From Pecten maximus (lineage: Eukaryota): a DNA stretch of 64,000 bases. Below the pieces are notes generated by a model. The model searched no databases. It had not been told where the DNA came from and was given only the letters and a program-made list of their open reading frames with translations. Where the stretch lies: NCBI RefSeq assembly GCF_902652985.1, contig NC_047017.1:5456001-5520000 (forward strand), read 5' to 3'. Below are positions 50,877 through 64,000 of this stretch, in pieces; the first letter of the stretch is position 1, and every line of letters begins with the position of its first letter. The translations under genes were made by a program, and so were the position numbers.

Positions 50877-53800
50877 TACTGTGATAACTTAAAAATGTGT
50901 TATAACTGTGGTATGTTTGTCTAAGTGATGAAACTGTACAATATTATCTTTTATGAGATATTCCCCATTTGCGGAAAGCCACAAACTTTTACAACATCAT
51001 GAGTTTTCCCTCATTTTGAAGAGTTAGCTGTTAAATAGCCAATGTTATCATATAAACTTATTTTTGGGTGTTTTTTTTTTTTTGCACAAAGGGAGGTAAT
51101 TTGTAGTTACCAGTAGTTGGTATCTTTAACACAGTCTGCTTTCGTTTATCAAAATCCAAACTGGAGTTGTTCTTTTATAAAAATAAGGATGGTCTTGCAC
51201 CAACAGAACACTGGCTATAGTTGGGGAGACTAAACCTAGCAATAGGCAGTCATGTATGTGGAAAAACAGTTAAAATGACTGTCAAGAAACAATTGAAAAA
51301 ACAATTTGTTCATTTAAAGGAAAAGGACACCATATTTCCGCAAATGGGGACTACACATATGTATATCGGGCACCTGATTATAATCTTGACACATCACAGC
51401 ATGTGTGTCTTACCCAGTTATTACTCATATGTGTACAGAAGCACAAGTATACAGAATTACAATGCAGTTCAGAATTTAGTTTGTGCCTTGCTATTTTCCA
51501 TATTTAAGCAATAATGTAACGGAAAGTATGTGATAACTGGTTTATAGCACAAATGGTTTTTAATGACTACTATAGGTGACTTTGTTGTCCTTTCAGAGTG
51601 ATTTTTGACAGTTAATAAATGTCTACTTAAGAGACAAATCCTTTATTGACCAGGGTAAAACTATAAAGATTTTAAGTTATTGCCCTTTCAAATTTTTTAT
51701 CATGAAAATTGTATTAACTATGGTATATAAACTAAATTAGTTTCAGGCTAGTAAAATGCATTTTTAACAGACTAAGAGCATTTATGGTAGATTAGAAATT
51801 TGGCTGGACAGAAAATTAACATTTGTCAGCTAATTGAATATATCATGTTATTCTGGAAATCCAGCTGTGAAATGTGCAAAATGCAATGTACAATCATACA
51901 TGTACTAATAGTATGACCACGTTCTTCATTCGGACCAGTTATTTTGAGTGATTAATTCTAAAATCAGCCAAAAATCGTGTATATTCTAGTAAGAATTAGT
52001 ATCTATTAAGGTAAAATTGAGATCAAAGTAGATAGATTTGATGCATGATTACATGAATTTTGTGTTTAATTGTGGGCTGATATGATTATTTTTTATTGAA
52101 AATTTGAGTCTGAATGGTAATTTGGTGTTATATCATACTGTATTATCCTAGAACAGTGTCTCTTGATCAACAAGATAATTAAGGATGCTTCATCCTCTTT
52201 TGTTATAGTTTTCGTTATTTGGAGGTGGATGATCCACATGTTGTTTCGATGAAGTGCATGCTTCCATGGTACTAACTGAAAAATCAGTTTATATGTCGAT
52301 ATGTGGCTATTTAAGAGTGAGAAAACCGTCCTTTTTGGAACCAAATTGTTCTATAAATATACAGTAACTCTAGAGGAAGTATTCCATCTCCAAATTTTTT
52401 TTCGTTCAAATTGATATTTTTAATAATATTATTATTAGCTTGTAATAACAGAATATCATGGATTTCAAATATACTATAGAATAAGCCTACTGTTAATACT
52501 ATTGAACAGTAAGAAAAAAACAATATTTATACCTGCCTAACATATACTTCTCTGCTATTTCTGCCTTTATGTATTGCATTTGGCCGCTGATGATCACCAA
52601 CATTGATCATGATTAAAATGAAATTGTCTATTATAGATATCAATACACTGATGAAATGTATTAGTTTATAAATGCATGTTGGAAATTATATTTTATAAAT
52701 TATTACCCCGGTAACTAAATTTCTAAAATCTTTAATTACAAATATCTTCTCTAAAAAAAAAATTAAAAAAAATGAGCAACTCTATAATATGTGTAATAAT
52801 GTATAAGATAAAAAATTATAAAAGTGGAATTTCATTTTTTGTTGGGTATACTTTGGCTTCTCGAACTACATATTTGGTCTCCATGACAATGCTATATATA
52901 AGATTATTCATGAACTAGAATGTTAACAGCATTGTGCCAGCTGTGTGCCATAATTCACAAGTACGATGTACATGATATTGATCTCACTTTTGAACTGTTC
53001 AATATTCGTAGTATAGGTACAAAATATATATCTGTATAACACTTAATATAATCATGTACATAAAGACGAGAAACAGATGGCAATCTGTTCTGGGTTTATA
53101 TTAAATGCAAATTTTTAAAATTATGTTTTTCAAATTTTGTAGCTCTAGTAGGAAACTGTAGCGAAATATATACCGGCAGCTAGGTGCAGGAGTTGATATC
53201 TTATGAGGCTATGGGTTTTTCTCACTGAAACAAGTGATAAGCTTATGTTGTAGCTTTAACATCACATTATAGGTATTTCAAACTTACAATGGATTGGGGT
53301 TTGTAGTCTTCCTTGTAGATATTTCAAACTTCCAATGGATTGGGATTGCATGGTCTGAGGAATTACTTTAACACTGTGAAAGAGATATGATTCTAAAGGA
53401 TTTGATGTCTGTAACTTGTAATGTTCAATTCTTTTTGATATATCAACAAAATCTACATGTACTTAAGTTCTATTTGGATGTAGTTTAATGTGTAGACATT
53501 TAAAATGGTGCAAAAGGAAGCCATTTAACAGATGATGCTATGCCTGTTTCAACGTTTTAAAGATTTGTAATAATTCATTGCTTCAGGAGGCTTAGAATCT
53601 AATGATAGATGTGGATCGACAATCTTGTTCTCTGTTTGAAAGCTTAAGCAGAATTTCAGCAAGGTATACAAGTCTTAGCCTAAATTATACTGGGAACACA
53701 AATTGTAAAATTTCATTTACTGGATGATTTTTTTTTTCATTTCTTGAAGATAGAAATGTAAGAAAGTTTTTAGTTGAAATTATGCTTCAATACAATAGTG

Positions 53801-55527
53801 AGTATTCAAATTGTACTTAAAATTACGGTGTCAAAATTTCCATTTCATATTGCATGATTTAACGACCATTAATTAAACATGTGTAGGTACCGAAAATTAG
53901 TTAATAGTGATTTGGAATCCTGTTTGTATAATCTTTACCCAACTTGTAACAGCTTTGTATTAATTTCAGATTCTTTTAGCTTAAAAAATGATTTATGTAT
54001 TTGATCATTGCCAACCTTATTTGTTATGATGCATGGATAATATGTTTGTGCGAACAGGGGCTTGACACATTAACAATCATAGTCTAGATATGTGAAATAC
54101 TGGTATGTAATAATTCACATACTGTACTAGAGTTGAGAATTTATGCCAAGTCCCTGTGTATTATGTCTGGATGTTTTTAACCATAAGAACTTGACAAGTA
54201 TGACTTGTTTCTATGTTCTATTTTTTTTTTATGATTTGTTTTTTCATATTCAGTTTGCATAAGCACTGCTCTGGGGCTAAGCTAGTAGTCTACATGAATG
54301 TGATTTTTGTTTTCTCAGTCACAATTTTATCATTCCATTTATACTTTATATTATGTATCCCACACCTTAGTTACTGTAGAATTCCTTTACTCAGAAATTG
54401 GAAATTGTCTGTTTCTGTTCAGAATATTTCATTACGAACTTTGGTACCTTATGAGTCTAACTTGTGGATGTCAATTGAAATTGTCAGTTTCAGAAAAAGT
54501 TTCAATGTTTTGTTCTAAAGTAGCTTACAAGGTCTTTGATTATGTTTAAAGTTAGGAATGTTCCTCTGTATATGTATGATATATAAAAAAACCTTACAAC
54601 TTCTGCCTAATTCTCCTTCCTAGAATTTAAATCCAAGCTTCACACTGTCCATTTGTGCGAAGGAAGTATCCTTCTTGATAACTCATCTTAGAAATTTTGT
54701 GATTTAAAACAAAAACAAACAAAGAGGGAAGGAATTCTTCTTTAAGAATACCATTTTAGGGGGAAAATATCCAAAAGTGTCAATGTTGATGATGGAATGT
54801 TGATGTTTTATGTATCAAGCTGGTATATTATTGTACTGTATAATATGGAGTGATTTGTTATTTTCGTAAAGTATGCACAAAAAGATACCATATAAATCGC
54901 ACTGTTGTTTATAATTTTAAGAATGTTCTTTCGGGAAATGTACATCTGTGTATACTTGTACTTCACATGCAAGTTGCTTTACTGAGTTAACATTTGAACT
55001 AGTGAAAGAAAATAACCAGTATTTAAAAGAATTATTTGCTAAATTAACGTGTGTTCATCTTTGAATTAATTAACAAGACTGTAAATATGGAGGAAAGTTT
55101 GTTTGATGGAAAGTTTTGATTAGGACTAAAGATTTTGACAAATAGATGTGTTGCATAGATGACGAGATATTGCTACATTTAATTTGTTTTTAGTATGAAC
55201 TCGAAATATCTTGAATTTATGAATGTTATGCATAAATGTAAAATGAATGACATTTTGTGGTGATGAATGTTTTTATCTTCTGTTGGTCTTTGATGTTTTT
55301 GTAGTCTGTTTTTTTTGTATAGGATATCCTGAACACAATTCTGTTTTAATATAAATATGTGTTTAATAAATCTTTCCTGTTATCTTTATGTGGAGTTCAA
55401 CCTTATTATTCCTAGACTGGGTGATTTACTTAAAGTTCCAAATACATGTAATATAACGAAAATAAGATCCAACATCCAGTATAGGTAGTTCTATATTATG
55501 GTAGTCTCCCTAGGATGGATTCAAGAT

Positions 55528-55710
55528 ACAGTCGAATCTGTCCAAACGACCATCTCTATTTAGCGACCCTCTGTTCTAAGCGACCATTTCAATTCCTCAA
55601 GAACGTTTTCGCTATATATTTTAACTCTATTAAGCGACCCTCTCTTTACGCGACCAGCGACCACAATTTTTCGTTCCCGTGATAAAAATAACTCTCCAAT
55701 AAGCGACTTA
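55528..55710 (+). mobile_element. Left end of a Tc1/mariner (pogo/Tigger-like) non-autonomous element
   Basis: TA|CAGTCGAA terminus followed by repeated AGCGACC subterminal motifs. No matching right end was found. Confidence 0.5.
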
Positions 55711-58700
55711 GATTATTACATGAGTCCGGGCCATAAAACTTAGTACAGAAGACCAGACAACATCCTTAGGTAGATCTTCAACAGGTTTAATGGGCATACA
55801 AGGTATGCTGTTCTCTGAACAACGGAACAGTTAAAAATACAGGACATATTTAGTACCTCTGTCTAGCAGCTACACATGTTGTTTACAGCTTGGTCTCCTG
55901 TCCTCATTAAATTTAATATGAAAACTATTTTTTTTGTCAAAATCACAACAGAAACCTGTCGCTTTATGATGTGATCTAGCTGATCAACTCGCTGACCTAC
56001 AAAATCATGATTACTTTTATAATATTTTGTTTGTTTGAAAGCTCTGTTATACACTTTATTATTTAAATATCGGCATCAATATGGAGCTTGAATTAACCTG
56101 GTATTCTCTTTTGAGATGCATGTATTATATTGCACGAAATTCCATCACATTTCAAGATTCTCTTCCAGAATTTCCTTTCCATTTTAGCGGAGCCTCATTA
56201 AAATGAAAATGGATGAAGACTCTAAATTTCTCAATGGAATGTTGCATAATATTAGACACTATGACAATTTTCTGTGGGTTATTACTTATTAACTGTTTTA
56301 TAGACATATATACTACATGTACAGTATGTTTTTAGTCAACATTACCAGTGAAAGTATCGGATACCTCTCGTGTCTTGCTTGTCTAACGACATAAGTTTTA
56401 TACATATGTACATAACGCCAAAGTTTGTCAGAGTTCTATAGCTAGTGGCTTCATTCCTTGAGGAATTTTTATCAAACTTCACAAAATTATATAATGATGA
56501 AGGACCATCAAACCTTTGAAAAAATTTGAATTTCATGGATTTTGGATCAAAGGTCATTGTTACTGCTTTTTTATGTCTACTATCTACGAAAAAATTCTTA
56601 ATATAATTCTGTACTTTATTCTGCTTTCACTTTCAATTGAGAACTCACAGTTAAGTTACTGCTGTATATAGCATTTAGTTCACCCACAGGAAAATAAATT
56701 GTCATCAGCACTTCGACATCATAAAAAGGAAGCTAATATATTAATGTAAGAACGTCTGTACTATAAATACATATTGTATATGCTTCAAAAAGCAATTAAA
56801 ACATAACAAGTGTTATTGAAAAAGATATTTATTTAGAGATTTGAAACCACTTTTTCGACATCTAAGGTAAAACGTCACATCATACCCAGATGAGCAGTCA
56901 ATGACAAGGGAGATAAACAATCAACATCTAAACATCAAATCGTACCCAGACGAGCAGTCAATGACAAGGGAGGTAACAAAATAATGCAAATTTCTATCGT
57001 TCACAAAATCTCCACTAGTCGCAGAAGACTAGAAATTCATTAACTATTGCAGAGAATAAAATGCCAAAATGAACAAAACTGAAAATGATAACCAAAATTC
57101 AGTCTTTAAAGCACATACTCATATAAAGGGTTGACTCAATTACAAACAAAATATATTTTAAATGATGTTTTCATTCCATGTTGCCTGAATAAAGGGCAGT
57201 GTAGACTCATGGTACCCGGTACTTGTTTTAATATCATGCTAAAGAGAAAGATAGCATAAACCAATACATTTGGAACAGAAAATGGGATAAAATACCTGCA
57301 ATCACATTCACACACTGAACCATAATGAACCATATAACCAAACAAAAGGTTTAGTTGAAAGGAAGTAAAATGTGCAGTTTGATTACTTTCAAGTTATTTG
57401 ATGATATATATTGTAAAATAATTTGTCATGTAGGGAAATTGTTTAATTTTGATAATTGTACAGTGATATAGGTCCCAGCCATCATTTGTAAGTTGAAACT
57501 CTATACAGGTGTACAATATTATGAACCAACTTATTTTCGCGTGCAATTTAATTTTTTTCATATTGTTTCAATCCTACCTGACGACAACCAAAACCCTGGT
57601 TCTTGGACTCCAAAGAATCCTCTCTTTCTCTAATAGTTTATATAAGGGTTGGTCAACAACTCCAAATCTTAATAGGAAGGAGTAATAGAAAAATAGCCTA
57701 CCTATGCTTGACCTTGAACTTACAACCTCTAGTTCTCAGAGAGTCTTTAAGTTGATAATAACTGGATATCTTACGACTAGGCTAAACGAAATTAGCTAAT
57801 AAGGTGAAATTTTGTTTTCAACTCTGTATTAGTAGAATCTTATATCAGTGTTGATGTAATATGGAATTTATTACTTTAATAATTTGATATGTTTGAAGTA
57901 ATATTTACTATACAACTCAAATTAATGATGAATTTTTGCAAATTCTCAAATCTATTTCCCTATATACAGGGTAATTTCAACTCATTTTTCCCTTGCAAGG
58001 AAATCCTGTGATAATGTAAAGAGATCAAAAAGACGTCATTTATTTGACGTCACAAGAGTTCTAACATATGTGTCTTACAATATCGATGACATGACAGACA
58101 ATTGAAAGAAATCTATCCCTTGACCCTGATGATGACAGGTGACCTTACTCTATATTAAATTAATAATATATATGCCTGATATGGAACATTTATTCTTGTA
58201 AATGAACACAAAACAATTTTAACCATATTTTGCAATAAAGAGTGGATTGTAGAGTTTCCAAACATTACTTGAGGAGTTTACAAGCCTCCACCATTTTTCA
58301 GAGCATAAGTAAAGTGGAAACAACTCAGGACTGGTGTCCATCTTGGAAACCAAATTTTCTTTGTGCATCATGTGATAGATTTAAACAAAAGTTTCAATAT
58401 TATACACAAAATTTAAAATAACTACAAACACTGCATAATCTCCAGTGAAAATGTAACAATCCTGTATCAACACAATCCGAACAACTGAAATACACTTTAC
58501 AATATTCTAAAATAGCCCTATTAGAGCAAATAAAATATACAAATTAAAATACTGACATTATTTCAGTAGTAACCACTAACCAGTTATGTTTGTCAATATT
58601 GTATATAAACCTCAAATGAGTTCAAAAGTTGTCATTCAGTTCTGGTCTTCACAAAAACTTGACATGTCCAGTGAGATCTGATTTGGTCTCGTAAAAAGAC

Positions 58701-59513
58701 AAAGAAGGTGAAAACACAAAAGTTGTATAAGTTGAATCAATTTCACATGAACTGTTTGTGTAGTCATATCTGTTACTAATTATAACTATGAGCATCCATT
58801 GCAGCATGTAACGAATGAAATCTCAAAAATAAATGCCACTCCATCAAATGTATGTTTAACATATAATTAAACCTTCTCCATACTATTATACCTATCTATA
58901 TAATAAATGTACTAAATGACCTTTATTCTATTACAATAACCTAAATGACCTTGATCTTTACATAATATGTATGTACCAAATGACCTCTATTTTCATACAA
59001 TATACTGAATTATCTTTCCCTTCATACAATATACCAAATGACCTGTATTTTCTTTGCATCTTTGAATTATGACTTGACAAAATAAACAGCACCATATTAT
59101 AATGCATTTTTTTTTGAAAAGTTGAATGGAATTGCACAGCAGCATAAATGTAAGAATGACCATCTCAATCTTGATCACAAAAGGGAAAGTATCAGATTTG
59201 TGATTGGCAAGATTTTTACACCAATCAAATGGAAACTGAAAACAGCAAGTCCCCGACAAATTTCATGAGCAGAATCTTTACCCTGTTAATGTTTAAGTGA
59301 CCTTGACTTTGTCAGCTTAACACAGGCCAATGTAAATCAATTAAATATCCTGCTTTTTACCGGATCATCTGTGTCTCACTTTCAAAGTAAAGAGCACAAA
59401 AACCCTACCTACACTCCTAAACCAGGTTAAAGGTCACAAGGTCACTCTCTATACCACTATGTCTTGTCAAGCAATTTAACACCTGTAATAACGATCCACA
59501 GGTGTTAAGATCG

Positions 59514-62500
59514 TCACGTGTTTGCCTTCTTTCCTAGTCGACTGAACACACCAGAGCCTTTCTTGTCTCCTCCTGTGACCTTGCGTGGGGTGACCTTGGG
59601 AGCAGGCTTTGTACTTGAGGTGACCTTCTGTGCACCGAGACGTTTCTGAATACCTGCAATACAGAGAAAAATACTTATATAAATTACTGTCAAATCAGAA
59701 AAAGTCTGTAATTTGTGTGTCTCCAAACCTGAGCTTAACCAATGTAACAATGATATTGATTAATTACTGACATGCAAATACTCCAAATACACAAATAACT
59801 TGCCTCCTGTAAGGGCCTTCCATGCTGTATTTTAGAAAGTTTATTACTGGTTCTATTCCATAGTAATGATGATTCTGTTCATCTCAACTTTTTAAAACGC
59901 CATGAAACATCAGAACACCATGGCTAGTCAAGTTAAATACATCTCCTATGGGAGGACTCCAAAAATTACCAGAGTGAGAAATGCATGATGGGCAAAGGAG
60001 AAATTAAGTCCTATTGAATAGAACTGTTTTAGTAATTCACTTCTGTTGGCAGTTCATGCTGTCAATGCCAAGTTACATAAGTAAATGTTGTTTTATAAGT
60101 AAACGTTGTTTTATAAGTAAATGTTGTTTTATAAGTAAATGTTGTTTTATAAGTAAATGTTGTTATATAAGTTTTTACAGTGTGTTACTGACCTGATTTC
60201 TTCCTGACTGGACCGTCCCCTTCGTCTGATGTAGTACTGGACACAGCGCAAGTTCCGCCCACTTTCTTGCCTAACCGGTCCTGAAGACTCCTTACAGCAA
60301 GTCCACCGAAGATCCCCTCAGACTTGGGCGATTTAACAGCATCAGCAGCCACTGCTTGAGAAGAAAAACAGCAAATGTACTCTAAAGAGAGAGTGTACAT
60401 CCTATGTTATATTTATATTGTTGTGAAAAATGACCTTATGTATAACACAAGATATGTTATACCGACAATGTACAATACAAGATATGTTATACCTACAATG
60501 GCTTGTGCAGCCTATGTTCAGCTGCACTGCACGCAAATATTTATATTCAAGCTTGCATAATTGACTTAGTGTAGACTACAGGATTGTTGTCATTTACGGC
60601 CGAACATCCAACATTAGGACAAGCTGACATATACACCTTGCTTTAAGAAGCCAGCTCATGATGTATAATCACTACATTATTACTGAATATCTACAGTCCA
60701 AGCTTCCTGTTCCGTTCCAAATTTCAATATTATGCCGAACACTATCTTTATGAAACCATCAGAAAAACATATTAACTTCAAAATTAAAACAAGAAATTAC
60801 AGGTAATGAATAAAACAATGTTTTAATCATACTCTATCCATCAATTTCCTTTTTCTGTTGAAACAACAATATCTGCTGTATCTCTTTGATTATAATTTTA
60901 CGTTGATATTTACACTTTACCAGTACATTTGTTTTATTTTCAAATTATCTTTCATGGTACATGTATACCACACATGGACCTTTCTGAAGTTTATACCTTT
61001 TTTCTTCACTGAGGCAGTAGTTGTTGTGAGGACCAGTTTATTACGTTTAACCGGAGAGGGAGTGGACTTTAGGACTCCTGCATATCCTAATGCTTCTCCT
61101 TCCTCCTCATCTTCGTCATCCATGGATGTTGACTGAGCTGCTCGCTTCACCGCCTTCTTCCCTCCAAGTCGACTGAACACTGAAGACTGTGACAATAAAA
61201 TAAATATAAACATAGAAAAGTTTCGTTATTAACTTTGGAAATTCCTTCAAATCTCCATCGAGAACAAAACTAGAATTGCAAATAGGGAGCATGATAGTCA
61301 AAAGGGCAGAACTACGGAAGAGTTAAGAACAGCCGATCAAACGCTATCGCGATAGTATCACCTTAGCGTAAAAAATTGAACTCCTGTCAGAACACATTTA
61401 ATAGGTTTTGTGCAACTTAAAAAGAGAAATACATGTATAGAAAAAAAAAATTTCACCATGATGCATACATAATATTAACGGACCAAGAGTATTAGGGGAG
61501 AAGTAGTGAAGTACATGTATATCATATTACATCTTATTGTAGAGAAATAAAAAAAATATTACACATGTCATTCAATTTTGAAAATACAAAGAAACAATAG
61601 GACCACAGGGCCTGTATCACTCAAAATGGACAAACAGCAATTTCATAAAGAAAAGGTTTAATGATGCTCTGCTATGGGGTAAGATCAACGTCCATTTTGA
61701 CCAGGAGAGCTTAAAATAAGCAGGGCTTACAATGGATGCATGAAATACAGGTCAACACACCTTTAAACAGCATTAATGATACATGTTTGTTATTGATTTG
61801 GAATCAGTTTGGTCTACAAATTAACTAACCTCAGTATTGGAGGACTTGATGATCATCCCTCCGTGTTCAGTGAGAGTGGTTGATCTGCCTTTATTGTCTG
61901 CTCCTAGTCTATTAAACACTGAACTTTCCTTGGCAACGGATCCTGTTTATAACAATCACAAAATAACATGTATGTATCAACTTTATCATCTGTAATCAAA
62001 ACCAGATGGTAGCTCCAATTTACAAAATTATAAATTTCGCTTTAAAACAGGCCATAGAAAACAAATCCATATTTTTATTATCTTTAATCAGATCTAGAAA
62101 TCACTCTTAAAGGTACAATTTTCAACAAATTAACTATATTTTGTTTTGTGTAACAGACATACATACAACAAAAAGTTTAAAGTCAGATAATCATTAACAA
62201 AGAACTGACCTGTAGATTTTGCTTTTAGTATTTTTTGTGTCTTTGCAGTAGTCCCAGCAGGCATTGTAATTTTGTACTTTCCTTCGTGCTCCGGAAATAC
62301 TCGTCGAGATTTCGGAACAGGCACAACTTCATCAAGTTTCTTAGGGTTAATCTTGATTTTATTGATTTTACTCGAGGATGGAACTGGAGAAGATCCTATG
62401 TAGAAAATCAAAATATATTTAAACTTAAATCATTTTCAATTACAATATCAGATTCATTTTATAGGTTTTAAAATATTTGACCCATCCAGTAAAGATTATG

Positions 62501-63967
62501 TTTCAATAATCATATTTGTTTGTGAATTTATGAACAGAATATTACATCCCCATTCCCTTTATTTTGCAAACTGACTTTATATCTAACAAGGTTCAACAAT
62601 ATATTAATTTGAGCCGAATGTGATGGCAAGTCTGGTTTTACTTTCATGAAATATCTTAATGTTATATTTTATCTCAACTAAATATCTTCCCAATTCAATC
62701 TTAAGCTAAAATTAAGTTATTCTTAAGCTAAAATTAAGTTATGTTTGTTAGTCTTGATGTAGAGTCAGGTGTTTCTTATGAACAGATGATAAGTTAGAAC
62801 ATGGAACGGAATATGAGTAAAAACTAGCCGGCTCTAAATTTTGATTGCACTAGAAAGACCTACTGGCTGAGCCTGGAGGAGTTCCCAGTCTTGCTGATAA
62901 CTCCCTGGAGATCTTCGGTACATGTACCACAGGAAGATTCATTGGAACTGCATCTGGGTCTTTACCGAGGTAATGATCCACAATCCGACTGGCAGCTGTA
63001 CAAAGTTACCACAAACATACAAATGAATCAGACTGTAAAACATTGATTGAATGATCCTTGCAGATATAATTTGTTATTTCAAGTTCAAAACTTCCACATT
63101 GGAAATGAAATTATCCCATAAATAAATAATGAGCAATTTCGGGAGAAATTCTAATATGTAACTGGTGAAAATATAAAATTATATTTCTACCTGTTGATCT
63201 TCTCGGGGTTGGTGAAGGCTGTGAAGCTCTTAAAGTTTTTTCTCTTGCCTCCTATAAAATACAAAAAATATTATTTGTAAAAGTATCATAGCACATCAAT
63301 CATGAAACCACTTATATTAAGTTATATCAATCATTAGTTGGCTCAGGAAGATAGAAATGTGTATCTGTCTTCATATAGGAGGAAATTGCAGTACCTAACA
63401 AATATTCACAGGGATTTAGCAAACTATCTACCTGTATGTGTATCTCAACCTTACAATTCAGTCTAATTTTCACCTGTATGTGTAGTTTTTATCTGTACTT
63501 TTGAAGTTGAACTCTATATATCTCTCTGGTGACTTTGATATACTTTTCTGTTTTAACTTTTAAATTATGTACAACATAGACTTCACTCTCTATTTAATTT
63601 TTACCTGTATGTGTAGTTTTTGAAATAATTTGTTTAGCATATCTCTAAAACTTTACTTGCATGATGAATCTATCACACTGATATACATGTAAATGTCTGC
63701 ATAGTTTTGACCACGGTTATCATACGTTACTTTTCACAGTTTTTCAATCTGTGTTTATTTTTACCTGTATATGTACTGTCTTGGCATGTTTGAGGATGTT
63801 GATGACATCACCCAGAATTGTGATTCCCATGCAGTTAAGGTAATCCTTTGTCAGGTCCTGGAGCATGTCACTCTGGATCCTATTGTCTGTAAACGTAACG
63901 GCATAGTTTGCAGCGTCCCCAGCAGGTATACTAGCATCCTTGAAGAATTTCAGCCAGTATGAGGTCT
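59514..63967 (-). CDS. C19orf47: C19orf47 homologue (N-terminal SAM-like domain); start exon lies beyond the right edge
   Basis: Phase-consistent exons 63967-63765 ([67 protein letters not shown]), 63251-63191, 62995-62864, 62395-62210 (…[27 protein letters not shown]…), 61942-61830, 61186-60997, 60354-60193 and 59653-59514. I recognise the W..FFK.A.IP…NYAV.F.DNRIQ and EGKY.I.MP.GTT motifs as C19orf47. Confidence 0.9.
60075..60172. repeat. 18-bp tandem repeat (TAAGTAAATGTTGTTTTA) about five times, intronic
   Basis: Visible directly. Confidence 0.85.
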
Positions 63968-64000
63968 CTGTTCATAAAAAAAAAAATCTTAATAATCAAT

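Overview
AT-rich, intron-containing animal DNA. The repeat content (V-domain SINEs, Helentron-type HINE elements) suggests a bivalve mollusc, which is an inference. Five spliced protein-coding genes can be rebuilt by hand from GT-AG boundaries and codon phase: partial ESF1 (minus strand, its 5' part lost in the N-gap at 6091-6115), the golgin GCC1 (plus), a two-DCX-domain doublecortin-like gene (minus), SYNJ2BP/OMP25 (plus) and a C19orf47 homologue (minus, running off the right edge). About 3.5 kb of the GCC1 3' end is present twice, and the second copy looks like an unpolished long-read artefact. GCC1 and SYNJ2BP each carry a single +1 homopolymer frameshift, probably a consensus error. The most unusual pattern is that intronic repeats in four of the five genes are copies of the gene's own exon/intron junction. 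The clearest case is an array of about 0.85 kb holding 12 exact CAG|GTGAGT donor copies directly behind the real donor of the DCX gene. The intergenic DNA holds many non-autonomous DNA elements, SINEs and minisatellites. No prokaryotic features (CRISPR, operons) are supported.
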